Source: a virus | Taxonomy: Duplodnaviria; Caudoviricetes | IMG/VR virus record: IMGVR_UViG_3300021400_003144 | DNA: 64,000 nt | Strand: one strand, 5' to 3' | Shown: positions 19,025 to 30,131 of the stretch, in pieces | Numbering within the stretch: position 1 is the first letter of the stretch | Layout: each line of letters starts with the position of its first letter | Translations under genes and position numbers: made by a program | The notes under the pieces: model-generated | Databases searched by the model: none | The model's input: only the letters and a program-made list of their open reading frames with translations | What the model was told of the DNA's origin: nothing

Positions 19025-19497
19025 GAGATAGAGTTGAAACAAGTGTGGTAAGCAGGGAGAGTAGAGAGAATACAATAAGTAAGGAGCTATTGAGAGATAG
19101 AGTTGCATTTATAGCTGTGTTGTTACTAATAGTAAGTATGATGGCTGGTTTAAAAGGAAAGAGCAACATACTGACTAAGATAGCTGTACCAATGAATGTG
19201 AGTTACAATAGTGATGTAGAATATACATCAGTTGGTAATGATAATACTATTGATGGTAAATGGGTTTCTGTAGATGGTAAGAGCTTACTTGATATAGAAA
19301 CAAATAGATCACTTGATGAGGTTAGGATAGTAATTAGAGATAAATATAATGTCTTTAATACTATAGGAAAGTACAGTTCAGATGGAAATATGATTGAGTG
19401 TGATAATGGTATGACAGTTAATATTTCCTCTGATAAAGCAACAGTTGAAATTGATACAGCTAATAAAGATTCAATTAGCTTCAATAGATTTATATGA
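19021..19497 (+). CDS. membrane-anchored hypothetical protein
   Basis: TM VAFIAVLLLIVSMMAG; ATGA overlap with upstream gene. Confidence 0.7.
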   Translation: MRDRVETSVVSRESRENTISKELLRDRVAFIAVLLLIVSMMAGLKGKSNILTKIAVPMNVSYNSDVEYTSVGNDNTIDGKWVSVDGKSLLDIETNRSLDEVRIVIRDKYNVFNTIGKYSSDGNMIECDNGMTVNISSDKATVEIDTANKDSISFNRFI

Positions 19498-19533
19498 AAT
19501 AAGTAGGGTACATGAGTGCCCTACTTATTTTTT
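19497..19533 (+). terminator. intrinsic terminator
   Basis: aaataagtagggta / tgccctacttattt plus T run. Confidence 0.88.
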
Positions 19534-19630
19534 GTTATAATAGCTATAGTTAATTTGTAGATAATTACAGACTCAATTTAGTTATAGTGTTGTAAATTAA
19601 TTAATAAATTAAATATATAAAGGAGTTTGT

Positions 19631-22600
19631 ATGGGCATATTAGATATATTAAAAGATGCTATTGAGTTTAAGACAAATGAACTTAATGGTGTCAATAATG
19701 CAAACGCTAAAAAACAGACAAGCAATGTGACAAATAATATTACTGAGAAAGTAGATAATAAGACAGCAGAAGTTTCAGGAAATAACACAAAAGATGAGAA
19801 TGAGGGCATTTATACAGATAAAAACTCTACACTTAGGTTCTTGCCTTTTGATGAAATAGCTATGTGTATTAAATTACAGAAGCTTAAAGGGTATAAGGGT
19901 AGCATACAGGAAAAGATTGTAGATACTCTTGCTCATAGATTAACTAAAAAGTGTAGTATGTCTAATAAGCAGAGATACTACATAGAGTGGGGTTTAGCTC
20001 ATTTTAAAGATGAGAATAAAGAAAAAGAGACAGGCAAAGAGGCAGGAAAAGAAACAAGCAAAGCTGTTACAGTTGAGAAACCAGCAGAGAGTAATGCAGC
20101 TAATCAACTGGCAAATGAGAATGTTACAGTTAATAAGGATGAAGCTAAGACTGAGGCTGAGAAGGTTGAGAATAAAGCTGAGGCTAAGGTAGCTACTGGT
20201 GAGATAGTAACATCTGATACAGCTGAAGTAGCTAAAGAAAGAGAAGTAAAGCCATATGAAATTGTATTTACAAATGATAAGAAACTCTTTAGTTATAGAG
20301 TAATGACTGGTAGAGCTTATATAGTAGGCTTAAGTGGTGATAATAAAGACAAAGAACTTAATGTAACAATTCCAGATAAAATCAAAGATACTGATAACAA
20401 TGAGTATGATGTTGTTGGAATAATGGAAGATGCATTTAAGGGATGCAGATTAACATCTGTGCAGATTGGTAGAAACATAGTTGAAATTGGTAAGGGAGCC
20501 TTTAGAGGTTGTACTAATTTAAGATATGTGGATTTGAGTTTAAGTAGTATAAGGCATATAGCTTCTTGTTGTTTCTATAATGATAAGAGATTACAGCTTA
20601 TTAAATTAGCATCTGGAATTGAGAGAATACATGAAAGTGCATTTTATGGCTGTAAATCTTTAAAAGCAATAATGTTACCTAATTCACTTGATACAATAGC
20701 TAATAAAGCATTTTATGGATGTATATCATTAAAGAAAATAATAGGTAGCGTAAATACAATAGGTGATTCTGCATTTAAGTGTTGTATTAATCTCAAAGAA
20801 GTTGATTTTAGTAAGATGAGAGCTATAGGACCTAGTGCATTTGCATTAAGCGGTTTAGAGAATATTGTAATTCCATCTAATGTAAGCATTATAGGAAATA
20901 GAGCATTCAGTGACTGTCCTTATTTAAACAAGGTAGTTATAGAAGAGGGTGTAAGTGAGATAGGTGAATGGGCATTTAGTAAAAATGCAGGTACTATAGG
21001 AAAGAATATAGATAAGCATGTAGCAATCAATAGTATTGACATCTATTTACCTAAGTCTCTTAAATCTATAGAGCAATGTGCACTTAATGCTATTAATATG
21101 GCATATGTTTATATGGGAAGTTCTGGTGAGAGTTTCTGTATCAGATGGAAAATTCCTCATACATGTATAGATGAAGATAAGAGCAAGTTTAGAACAGATA
21201 GAGACATGAATGCAATGTTGGGTGACCCTATGCTAGACTTGTGGAGAAAAATTCAGAAGTGCTATACAACTCCTGATAAGGATATTACAGGTCCTAATTC
21301 ATCTGACCCTGATAATTTTGATTTTGATGTTAGTAAACTTACTAAATATACTATGGATAAAGAGATGGTTGACTATCTTGGTATAGCTGATTATTCACAA
21401 GTAAGTTATATAGAGCCTCATGTCAAATTTAAGGGTTATTTAAAATTAGTAACAAGTATTTATGGGGAGAACTATTTACTGCCTTTAACAAATAAAGTAA
21501 CTCGTCTAGTAGACACCTTTAATACAGACACAGAAGTTTTGTTTGATGATGGTTATAACAGAATAGTTAAGGTAATCAATACTGAAAAAGATACCCTTGA
21601 GAAAGGTGGATTTGTAGCTGCTATACAAGGAAACAATCTTCTTTATGTAGCTCCATTAAGCTATTTAACTGATGTTAAAATCAGTAGTGAGTGTAACAAG
21701 CATGACAGATTGATTGTAGATAAGGTATTATACAATGGTAGTAACATTGGTAAGCGTTCTGCTATACTTGGAACAAATGGTAGACTCACTGATAGAGAAA
21801 CAAATACTGAGATAAATGTAGGATTAATACTAGAGGGAATACTTCATAGAAATGCAGTAGAAATTACATTAACTGAGAAAGATTCTATATGGTATTTGCC
21901 AGCTATCAATAGAGTGTTGCAGTTGCATGATGCTAAAGAATATGAAGGCACTGGAGCTGATAAGAAGCTTATAGGAAAGACAGATTATTCTAACTTAGGT
22001 GAGATATTAGACTTTAATGGTTTAATAGAATTTATTAAGAGAAATAATAAGTTCACTAAGTGGTATGTAGATAGCTATCAATTTTATGATAGAATAGCAT
22101 CTATGAGTGATGATTACGTTGCTAAGAGAATAAAAGAGCTTAAAGATGTAAGAGATGCTAAAGTATCTTTCATGTGGAGAGTAAGTAGGGCTATTGTAAA
22201 TAAGGTTGGAGCAGGTAAAAATGCAGCTAATGTATATCCTGATGATTTAAGCAAGAAGATTTTAATAGCTGTAGCTAATACTCACCTCATGGTTAAGAAA
22301 GAGTTAGACTGGGTTAAGAAAATAGGAGCTAGATCATTAAATAAGAAGAATCAATATACTGTTGAAAATCTTATTGTAGATGAGTATGTAAGCAATCAAG
22401 TTGTCAAGTTTAGCAACTCTTATATGAGTGGATGCAAGGGAGCATATGTATTTATTATAAGAGAAGGCAATAAGGTTCATGGAGTTTATTCCTCTACACT
22501 CAGTATGAAACAGATTGTAGAAATGCTTTATGAGATGAACAATTATAATAGCAAATATGTTATTAAGGATTTAATTACTAAGGCAGATAAGTTTGATTTA

Positions 22601-23509
22601 GTAGCAGATAGTCTTTTCTATCATATAGCAAGTGTAGCAAAGACTGATAAGGTTAAGACATTCAATTTAGGTTGTCAGACAAACTTTAATCCTAGTTTCA
22701 ACATATCAGTTTATAAGCCAACTGGTCTATTATATTTGACAACTAATACTAATATAAGATTTGATAATGATGGAAATAGACTTAATGAGTCTGCTTGTGT
22801 TCCTTTAGTTCCTATTGGTTATTTAAACAGAGCTTTAGTTGTAGCAACAACAACTAATAAGAATGTAAGAACAAGTAAATTACTTACAGATCTTTCAAGA
22901 GTAACTGATGCAATATATGCAACATATAGGAATAGAACTATATACAGAGAAGCAATTTTAGAGTCATTTAATAATATGATTGAGACTAGAAAACTTCTTA
23001 TAGCTGGAGAACATGACATTAGTAAGTATACTGGTATCACTAATGATAGAATAAGATACATGATGGGAACAGTTCCTAAGACATTAGAAAATGATGAGGA
23101 TGGAACAGTTTATATGGAGGTTCCTGAAGTAGTATCAAAGAGAAGCAGAAGAACTAAGGCTGTTGAAGATACTAGTGAATCAGATGAGGTTGGATATATT
23201 GAAGATGATTCAGATAATGTTGGATATGTAGACGATGGTGATGATGAAGATGAGGTTGGATATATTGAAGATTCAGATGATGAAAATGAGATAACTGTTG
23301 AAGATGACAATGACTCATCTGAGGATGAGGTTGGATATATTGAAGATGATTCAGATGATGAAACATCAGAAGATACATCAGAAGATATGGATATAGACAT
23401 AACTAGATACACAATGTTTAAGGAAATTGCTATGAAGCATGGAATTACAGACGAAGATGAGATACTTAAGTCATTTAAGGAAATAGAGGCTAAGAGAAAG
23501 AACAGTTAA
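19631..23509 (+). CDS. large BspA/TpLRR-type leucine-rich-repeat protein with acidic tail
   Basis: IGKGAFRGCTNL, IHESAFYGCKSL, IGNRAFSDCPYL repeats; no signal peptide. Confidence 0.85.
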   Translation: MGILDILKDAIEFKTNELNGVNNANAKKQTSNVTNNITEKVDNKTAEVSGNNTKDENEGIYTDKNSTLRFLPFDEIAMCIKLQKLKGYKGSIQEKIVDTLAHRLTKKCSMSNKQRYYIEWGLAHFKDENKEKETGKEAGKETSKAVTVEKPAESNAANQLANENVTVNKDEAKTEAEKVENKAEAKVATGEIVTSDTAEVAKEREVKPYEIVFTNDKKLFSYRVMTGRAYIVGLSGDNKDKELNVTIPDKIKDTDNNEYDVVGIMEDAFKGCRLTSVQIGRNIVEIGKGAFRGCTNLRYVDLSLSSIRHIASCCFYNDKRLQLIKLASGIERIHESAFYGCKSLKAIMLPNSLDTIANKAFYGCISLKKIIGSVNTIGDSAFKCCINLKEVDFSKMRAIGPSAFALSGLENIVIPSNVSIIGNRAFSDCPYLNKVVIEEGVSEIGEWAFSKNAGTIGKNIDKHVAINSIDIYLPKSLKSIEQCALNAINMAYVYMGSSGESFCIRWKIPHTCIDEDKSKFRTDRDMNAMLGDPMLDLWRKIQKCYTTPDKDITGPNSSDPDNFDFDVSKLTKYTMDKEMVDYLGIADYSQVSYIEPHVKFKGYLKLVTSIYGENYLLPLTNKVTRLVDTFNTDTEVLFDDGYNRIVKVINTEKDTLEKGGFVAAIQGNNLLYVAPLSYLTDVKISSECNKHDRLIVDKVLYNGSNIGKRSAILGTNGRLTDRETNTEINVGLILEGILHRNAVEITLTEKDSIWYLPAINRVLQLHDAKEYEGTGADKKLIGKTDYSNLGEILDFNGLIEFIKRNNKFTKWYVDSYQFYDRIASMSDDYVAKRIKELKDVRDAKVSFMWRVSRAIVNKVGAGKNAANVYPDDLSKKILIAVANTHLMVKKELDWVKKIGARSLNKKNQYTVENLIVDEYVSNQVVKFSNSYMSGCKGAYVFIIREGNKVHGVYSSTLSMKQIVEMLYEMNNYNSKYVIKDLITKADKFDLVADSLFYHIASVAKTDKVKTFNLGCQTNFNPSFNISVYKPTGLLYLTTNTNIRFDNDGNRLNESACVPLVPIGYLNRALVVATTTNKNVRTSKLLTDLSRVTDAIYATYRNRTIYREAILESFNNMIETRKLLIAGEHDISKYTGITNDRIRYMMGTVPKTLENDEDGTVYMEVPEVVSKRSRRTKAVEDTSESDEVGYIEDDSDNVGYVDDGDDEDEVGYIEDSDDENEITVEDDNDSSEDEVGYIEDDSDDETSEDTSEDMDIDITRYTMFKEIAMKHGITDEDEILKSFKEIEAKRKNS
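23183..23347 (+). repeat. 24-bp coding repeat (DEVGYIED) x3 plus one variant
   Basis: gatgaggttggatatattgaagat at 23183, 23249 and 23324; DNVGYVDD variant between the first two. Confidence 0.9.
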
Positions 23510-23538
23510 GTTTAATGGAAAGAACAACTAAAATTAAG

Positions 23539-23571
23539 TTAATGGGTCTGCTATTAAAGTGGACCCATTAA
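23539..23571 (+). terminator. hairpin/terminator
   Basis: ttaatgggtctgct / agtggacccattaa. Confidence 0.75.
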
Positions 23572-23613
23572 TATTTGGAAGTGAAAAAGTTAAGAAAAAA
23601 ATTAAAAAAAGTA

Positions 23614-23642
23614 TTGACGAATTGAAATTTAGTTGTTATTAT
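23614..23642 (+). promoter_or_regulatory. sigma-A type promoter
   Basis: AAAAAAAGTA-TTGACG-17-TATTAT, TG extension. Confidence 0.75.
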
Positions 23643-23664
23643 AAGTATATAAGATATAAATGAA

Positions 23665-24405
23665 TTGGAGATAATAAAAGTTATGAATAAATTTAAAGTT
23701 TTGTTAGCAACAGTTGTTATGGGATTTATGTTCAGTATAGCATCTTTTGCTGATGAAGTTTATGTTCTTAAGAGCGGTGAGAGTATTCAGAACGTACTGA
23801 ATGTATGTAATGATACTCCTACTAATAGAGTAACAATCTATCTTGAAGATGGTGAGTATGCTCCATTTTCAATGGTAAAGCCAGTAAATAGAGAAAGATA
23901 TGTAGATATTTTTGGAGTAAATCCAAAGGGTGCTAAGGTTGTAAGCTATTCTGGAAAATATGAGGAGCCAGCTGCTGAGATTAGAACCAATGGTAGTATT
24001 GGAAATATAGTATTTATAAATAAGGCTGATACTACAAGAACTATAGTTGACCCTAATGGTAAGTCAGGATATGCAGTACATGCTGATTATGGTAAAATGG
24101 ATGTGAAGTTTATTAACTGTAAGATGGTTAGTGGTCAGAATGTAGCTCTTGGTATGGGAATTAGTTATGACAGTAAGGTAGAGATTGATAGCTGTGAGCT
24201 TATTAATGAAACAGTAACTCCAGTATTTAATGATGATTACTATAAGCTTGGAAGCATTTACTGTCATACAGATGTAAATGACATTGATAAACATACTGGT
24301 GCTCTTACTATTAAGAATAGTACATTAGTAAAACCTGATAATGTTCCTACTAGATATACAGTTCAGAGTCTATTTGGTTCAACAATTAATGTAACAGAGC
24401 AGTAA
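23665..24405 (+). CDS. secreted pectin-lyase-like beta-helix protein
   Basis: signal peptide ending SFA (start probably ATG 23683); SIQNVLN...TIYLEDGEY, YAVHAD, FINC patterns. Confidence 0.6.
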   Translation: MEIIKVMNKFKVLLATVVMGFMFSIASFADEVYVLKSGESIQNVLNVCNDTPTNRVTIYLEDGEYAPFSMVKPVNRERYVDIFGVNPKGAKVVSYSGKYEEPAAEIRTNGSIGNIVFINKADTTRTIVDPNGKSGYAVHADYGKMDVKFINCKMVSGQNVALGMGISYDSKVEIDSCELINETVTPVFNDDYYKLGSIYCHTDVNDIDKHTGALTIKNSTLVKPDNVPTRYTVQSLFGSTINVTEQ

Positions 24406-24426
24406 ATAAAAAATAGGAGCCTATAT

Positions 24427-26124
24427 ATGTTGGTTTTGAGTAAGATTTATACATCAGATTATATAGATACACATTATGAATTAACAGATGATGCAAGTGG
24501 GGCATCATCTGTTTTTGTGTTTAATGACTTAACTAAGATTGCTAAGCTTGGTATAGTAAAGAATATAAAAATTAGGAATCATAAGTTAAGCATGACTGAG
24601 GATGTTGATATTGAAGATATTGGACTTAATACAAGTAAGGTGCTTATATTAAGACAGGGTAATAAAATAGAGTCTAATGTAAATCCTTGGGTGGAGCTTA
24701 AAGGAATAGACATTCAGGATGACAAGTTGCATATAATAAATTGTAGTGATGGTAATTATTACTTTGGATGTAAAACATCAGGCACTAAAGTAAAAAAAGA
24801 GAACTTCCTGAAGTTAAGTAAATCTAGTTTGATTAGGATACTGTATAATTTAGATTTGCTTGAATATCATGAAGATGATACATTTGGAGTATCAGATGAA
24901 ACATTACATAAAAATAAGAATGAGTATGAATTGCTACAGCAAGTGCTAAGGGATATTTGTGCTGGCATAAATGATAATTTAAGGTCAGATAAAGCAGTAC
25001 AGATAGCATCAGATATATGTAATGATAATTTTCATAAAGTAGAGGCAGTCTATAATGATTGTAAGAAAACTGTAGTAAGAGTTAGAGATTTCTATGGTAG
25101 TGAGATAAGATACTTCTCAATTTCAAATATGGACATGATATGTACTTATGCAAGCTGTGATGGTGTAGAAGATTTAACAAATGAGTCTAATAGTTATCTA
25201 TTTGCACTTGGTGAGTATCCTAGGATAGGATATAATGAGCTTATGATGTGGATAGGAAACTTTAAGTATATACTTGAGGACAAGTGGTTGAAGTATAAGT
25301 ACATCATGTATAATAAGAAATACTTTGATGATATATTAAGTAATAAAACAATACTATTTAAGACCAATTATAATGGAGATGATACTGAACAGAATGATTT
25401 CTTAGGTTATAAGCATGAGGGAATATACAATATAGCAATTTATGTGAACAGCAAATATTTTGATATAACATCAGGTAGAACAGATTTGCATTTAAAGTGT
25501 ACATTACTACATGAGATGTGCCATTCGGCTGTTGGTATTAAATATGGAGCAATGGAAGAAAATGCAGGTGAAGATGCTGAGTCACTTGGTTATGTTAGTA
25601 AACATACTGTGAGATATCTAAAGAAAATTGATTGCTATAATCAGATATACTATCATGGAAAGAAGTTCATGAGTGTTGTAAAGGAGGTAAGCAGACGGGC
25701 AAAACTTCATATAGGTGATGTTTATGGATATGGCAGAGAGATTGACCTTCTAGCATATAAAGCTAGGGAGAATATAACACTGAATAGCTTAGATAAAAAG
25801 AGACCAATCATTAAGTTTAGAGTGAATGATGTTATAAGATATATAGTAAACTATATAAATGATTATAACAATCTATATAAGAGTGAGGGTATTATATTTG
25901 GAGCAGCTAAAGCAGATAATAGAGGTATAATATCAGTTACAAGTACAGTGATGAACAAGAGATACATGATTGAGAAATCCGATTGGCATGATATAAAGAT
26001 ATTTGCTCTTAGGGGTGATGATGCTGAACATTGTAAACTATGTGCTGTAGTTGATACCTATAGCTATGATAGAATTAAGGATATAGCAGATAGTATTATA
26101 AGATATATTATTAGAGATATTTGA
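24427..26124 (+). CDS. SprT-like zinc metalloprotease-domain protein
   Basis: TLLHEMCH (HExxH) followed by HGKKF. Confidence 0.75.
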   Translation: MLVLSKIYTSDYIDTHYELTDDASGASSVFVFNDLTKIAKLGIVKNIKIRNHKLSMTEDVDIEDIGLNTSKVLILRQGNKIESNVNPWVELKGIDIQDDKLHIINCSDGNYYFGCKTSGTKVKKENFLKLSKSSLIRILYNLDLLEYHEDDTFGVSDETLHKNKNEYELLQQVLRDICAGINDNLRSDKAVQIASDICNDNFHKVEAVYNDCKKTVVRVRDFYGSEIRYFSISNMDMICTYASCDGVEDLTNESNSYLFALGEYPRIGYNELMMWIGNFKYILEDKWLKYKYIMYNKKYFDDILSNKTILFKTNYNGDDTEQNDFLGYKHEGIYNIAIYVNSKYFDITSGRTDLHLKCTLLHEMCHSAVGIKYGAMEENAGEDAESLGYVSKHTVRYLKKIDCYNQIYYHGKKFMSVVKEVSRRAKLHIGDVYGYGREIDLLAYKARENITLNSLDKKRPIIKFRVNDVIRYIVNYINDYNNLYKSEGIIFGAAKADNRGIISVTSTVMNKRYMIEKSDWHDIKIFALRGDDAEHCKLCAVVDTYSYDRIKDIADSIIRYIIRDI

Positions 26125-26194
26125 TATACATATTGGGGTTGATTTGCTAATAGTATTAGGCTATCAATAGTAATTAAGTGTAAAATAAATTATT

Positions 26195-26749
26195 TTGTGT
26201 TTAATAGGTGATAATATGAGCGAAATAAGATATGTCTGCACAAATAGATTGAGAGACTTTAATAAAAAGATATTATTATATAGATTATATGGAAGTGACC
26301 AGAAGTTTATAAATATAGATCCTGATACATTAAAAAGTTACATTGATAGAGGAGATATAACAGTTGAAAACTTGTATTTGACAAGTGATTATAAGCTTAA
26401 AGAAAAGGGTTGTACTATATATCCAAAAGGTATACAGGATAAGATTTGGATAAAGGGCAAGTCAAATGAAAAGAGGGCTGGAATATTTTGTAAATCACTT
26501 GATAACTACTTAATGTATAATAGTAAGACTACTGAAGAAAGAACAAGGCTTATAGAACAAATAGTGAGTGAGAATGTTGAGCTTATAAAGAAAAGTAGAG
26601 GCGTAGTTATTAAGCATAGAGAGAATGGTGAGTCAGATGAATCAATCATAGATATGATTGTAAAGACTTCAGGAAGTGAGTTACTGGCTTATATGTCTGT
26701 ATATGATAATATTTATAGTAAACTTGGTATCTTTGTAACAAATAAATAA
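26195..26749 (+). CDS. hypothetical protein
   Basis: AGGTG RBS favours ATG 26216. Confidence 0.7.
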   Translation: MCLIGDNMSEIRYVCTNRLRDFNKKILLYRLYGSDQKFINIDPDTLKSYIDRGDITVENLYLTSDYKLKEKGCTIYPKGIQDKIWIKGKSNEKRAGIFCKSLDNYLMYNSKTTEERTRLIEQIVSENVELIKKSRGVVIKHRENGESDESIIDMIVKTSGSELLAYMSVYDNIYSKLGIFVTNK

Positions 26750-26764
26750 GCAAGGGAAGTAGAT

Positions 26765-26806
26765 TAGGGGAGTGTGTTTAATTAATGAACATACTTCCTA
26801 TTTTTA
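26765..26806 (+). terminator. intrinsic terminator
   Basis: taggggagtgtgttta / tgaacatacttccta (G-U pairs) plus T run. Confidence 0.75.
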
Positions 26807-26821
26807 TTGCTTATTTATATA

Positions 26822-26850
26822 TTGACAATTTATGTATTTTATGATAATGT
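26822..26850 (+). promoter_or_regulatory. probable sigma-A promoter
   Basis: TTGACA followed by TGATAATGT; about 350 nt upstream of next long ORF. Confidence 0.55.
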
Positions 26851-27201
26851 AATTGTATTATAATAAGGAAAATATAAATACAAACAAATGTTTCTATAAG
26901 TTTGATGAAGAATTTTGAAAAGGTGAAAAATGAGGTATGCTTTAAGGATTTTTTGGAGAAGCAGAAAAGGAAATTTCAAAGCTAATTTTAACGAAATTTT
27001 TTGTGTGTAAAGTTGGAGGTAAAAAATTTATTTTTTGTAATCTTATGAAAATTAGGGTATACAGTTGGGTAAAATTTGAGTGGCATAAAAAATAAAAATT
27101 TTGTAATTTTTTAGCATGCAGTGAGTTGAAATTTGTAGTGCTTTGAAAGTATTAAAATGTGATTTTAAATAAAGAAATATGATGATTAGGAGTATTATAT
27201 T

Positions 27202-28332
27202 ATGAAAAAGAGTATTCTATTAGGGTTAATAGTTATGTCATTATGTTCAATGACTGGCTGCGGTGGAATTGGAAATAACAATGTAGCTTCAAGTAGCACA
27301 GTTAATAAGTATGCTAGTGCTGTTGATTATAGTAAGTTAGACTACAAGGTTAATGTAACTGAAAAAACAAATATTGCTGACTATCTTGTAGGGTTTGATG
27401 AGTTCTGTGAGATTATGAAGCAGAATCGTATAGATGAATTAACAAAGCTCAAGCCAATTATAGGTAAATCTGATAATGATAAGAATATGCAGGTAGACAT
27501 ATATCAGAACATGATTGATGGATTGGATTCTGAGTATTTTAGAGCATACTGTGAGTCAGAATATCAGAGGCTATATGTAAATATAAGTAATATGCTTTCT
27601 CAGATGCCTTATATCAATGCAGAATGGGAAAAATACAGTGATACTGATATAAAGCTACTCGATAAGTGTGTTGTTCCTGATTGTGATGTAATTGACTATT
27701 ATGAGAAATATGTTACAGGTGATATACTTGATATGCTTGTAGATGCACACTTAAAGTATGAAAGTATGATTCAGTATGAGGCTAATTTAATTAGTGAACC
27801 TGACAAGGATTATAAGGAGATGTTCTATCTTGAAAAGATTTGTACTAATACAGATTATATAGATAACATTGAGCTAGATTTGAAGTTTACTGATAATGAT
27901 GATAAGCTGTATGGAACCAAAACAGTCAAAGTAAAAAATGGTGAGTTCACTGATGAATTAAAGAAAGCTATTGAAGGTCTTGATTTATACAGAAGTTATG
28001 ATTTCTATGATGGAGAATTTGCACATATAGCATCAAATGCTGTTAATAGTCTTTGTGTTGAATATGATAAGGACATGCAGATTAAATATATAAAAGATTT
28101 GGAATTTGATTATAGCTTATGCGACCAGTTAGATGCTAATGATTTATTTAAGCTAAATCTTAAGATTAAAAATATTAAGCATAAGGATGATATTCCAGCT
28201 CAGGATAAATTTGAGGATGAGCTTAATGAAAAATCTAAGATCATGGAAGCTCAAGTGTTGATTTATGATAATATTATGCAGAGTATTAATGATAGTGTAG
28301 CCACTCAAAGTGAGGTTGAGACTGTAGAATAG
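27202..28332 (+). CDS. lipoprotein
   Basis: MKK + hydrophobic core + lipobox MTGC. Confidence 0.8.
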   Translation: MKKSILLGLIVMSLCSMTGCGGIGNNNVASSSTVNKYASAVDYSKLDYKVNVTEKTNIADYLVGFDEFCEIMKQNRIDELTKLKPIIGKSDNDKNMQVDIYQNMIDGLDSEYFRAYCESEYQRLYVNISNMLSQMPYINAEWEKYSDTDIKLLDKCVVPDCDVIDYYEKYVTGDILDMLVDAHLKYESMIQYEANLISEPDKDYKEMFYLEKICTNTDYIDNIELDLKFTDNDDKLYGTKTVKVKNGEFTDELKKAIEGLDLYRSYDFYDGEFAHIASNAVNSLCVEYDKDMQIKYIKDLEFDYSLCDQLDANDLFKLNLKIKNIKHKDDIPAQDKFEDELNEKSKIMEAQVLIYDNIMQSINDSVATQSEVETVE

Positions 28333-28385
28333 TAGGAGGTATAATATTTATTTATTTTATCTATATTTTTGGAGGAGTAACATAA

Positions 28386-29228
28386 TTGAATAAAACAGTA
28401 TTCGAAACTAGAAGGCATTTCATTTGTAGCTGTTTAATTATAGCAACTACAACAGTACTTGGTATAAATAATGGATACTCAAGTATTGAAGCTGAAACAC
28501 TTAATCAAAGTGAGTATACTGAAGCTAATGAAAGTGTAAAGCATGTAGTAGACGTTGTTTACAACGATAAGCTTATGTCTGAAACTACAGAAGCCATTAT
28601 TGACGCTAAAGAAAATGTAGAGAATCCTGATATTGCATCTGTATCAGGAGACAATGAAGCAGAAGTTGAATCTGAGTATGATACTGATGGAACAGTTATT
28701 ACAGACGATTGGACAGAAAGCGATGATGTAGACATTGAAGATATTATAGAGCAGAGAGATGATGAGTTACTTACAAAATATTCTTATGCTCTATATGATG
28801 ATTCTGGAGCTAGAAATGATATAAACGGAGAGATTTTAAGTTTAGCTGAAAATCTTTGTGCACAGCAGGATATTGACCCTAATCTTTTCTTAGCTATAGT
28901 AATGACAGAGTCTCAAGGACATGCAAATGCTAAAAATAAGCATTCTACTGCTACTGGATTTGGTCAGTTACTAAAGTCTACTGGAAAGTGGTGTTATGAA
29001 GATTTGCTTGGATATGGAAAAGGAACATACTATCATGATTTGGCATATAATCCTGAGTTAAATGTAGCTATGACAATTAGTTTATTAGGAGAGCTAAAGC
29101 GTGAGTATAACGGAAACATGTACAGAGCGGTTCAGCACTATAGAGGTAAAAATGACATCTCAGATTATTTAAGTGAGATGAATAGGTGGCTTAGCAAAGG
29201 TGGCTTGGATGTAAGTTATTACGTTTAA
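28386..29228 (+). CDS. SLT-domain lytic transglycosylase
   Basis: AIVMTESQG, ATGFGQL, YNPELNV, AVQHYRG; N-terminal hydrophobic segment. Confidence 0.88.
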   Translation: MNKTVFETRRHFICSCLIIATTTVLGINNGYSSIEAETLNQSEYTEANESVKHVVDVVYNDKLMSETTEAIIDAKENVENPDIASVSGDNEAEVESEYDTDGTVITDDWTESDDVDIEDIIEQRDDELLTKYSYALYDDSGARNDINGEILSLAENLCAQQDIDPNLFLAIVMTESQGHANAKNKHSTATGFGQLLKSTGKWCYEDLLGYGKGTYYHDLAYNPELNVAMTISLLGELKREYNGNMYRAVQHYRGKNDISDYLSEMNRWLSKGGLDVSYYV

Positions 29229-29279
29229 GTTATTTGGGTTAAACATTTAAGGCTAATAGTTATATCTTGAGGTATTTGT

Positions 29280-29951
29280 ATGGGTGAAGATAGAATAAGT
29301 AAATATAAAAAATTAATGATATTAGCTATTATAATTATTGTGACTTGTATAATTATTATAGTAGCTAATAGTTTATTAAAATCAAATAAAGAAATTGATA
29401 TTGAAACTGTTGGTAATCAAGATATAACTATTAATATGAGTGAAGAGGAAACTGATGTAGCAGAGAGTGAAGAAGATGCTAATGGAAATGAGCAGTCAGT
29501 TATTGGTGTATACAATAAGTTGATGAATGATGTCATTTCAATTAAGAGCGGAGATGCTTCTGTAATTAAGAAATACTATGGAGATAGTGATGAGTTTGTA
29601 AATAGAAGTTATGAGATATTCAGTACTTTAAAAGTAGAGAAGCTTGATGAAAATGATGATGCTTTTAGAATAAAAGTAACTACTCTTGACTATGAGTTAA
29701 TAGATATGGATAGAAAAGAGTTTACACGTCAAGTATTAGAAGCTAACTCTGGTATTTCAGATGAAAACCTGAAAAGTTATGTTGATGTAAATATAAATGA
29801 GAATAAGGACAATGGAAAATATTATTGTTACTTTATATTAACAATAAGTAAAGATGAAAATGTTAATTATATCACTGAAAATTTAAAGAAAGCATTGAGT
29901 GGTAAGTACTATAACAGTCTATTTTGTAGTATAGAGTCATACAATGAATAA
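29280..29951 (+). CDS. membrane-anchored acidic protein
   Basis: N-terminal TM LMILAIIIIVTCIIIIVA. Confidence 0.75.
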   Translation: MGEDRISKYKKLMILAIIIIVTCIIIIVANSLLKSNKEIDIETVGNQDITINMSEEETDVAESEEDANGNEQSVIGVYNKLMNDVISIKSGDASVIKKYYGDSDEFVNRSYEIFSTLKVEKLDENDDAFRIKVTTLDYELIDMDRKEFTRQVLEANSGISDENLKSYVDVNINENKDNGKYYCYFILTISKDENVNYITENLKKALSGKYYNSLFCSIESYNE

Positions 29952-29973
29952 GTGATTTAGAATATAGAATTTG

Positions 29974-30007
29974 TAAAAACCACATCGTGACATTGATGTG
30001 GTTTTTA
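29974..30007 (+). terminator. intrinsic terminator
   Basis: taaaaaccacatcg / tgatgtggttttta. Confidence 0.85.
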
Positions 30008-30131
30008 TGCTCTTATAGAATATAGTAGGTAGAGTGAAAATTATGATTATATAAGACATTAAAAAGTGAGATATATAGTTAAATTATGTGGAAAATTAAG
30101 TTTAACTTAGAACGGAAAAGGGGAACATCAA

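Noticed and set aside
23183-23347. CRISPR-like repeat-spacer pattern
   Set aside because: The 24-bp repeats are in-frame coding repeats within an acidic tail, with irregular low-complexity spacers and no cas genes.
26930-27010. 26-aa ORF MRYALRIFWRSRKGNFKANFNEIFCV after AAGGTG
   Set aside because: Too short, with atypical codon usage; cannot be supported without expression or conservation data.
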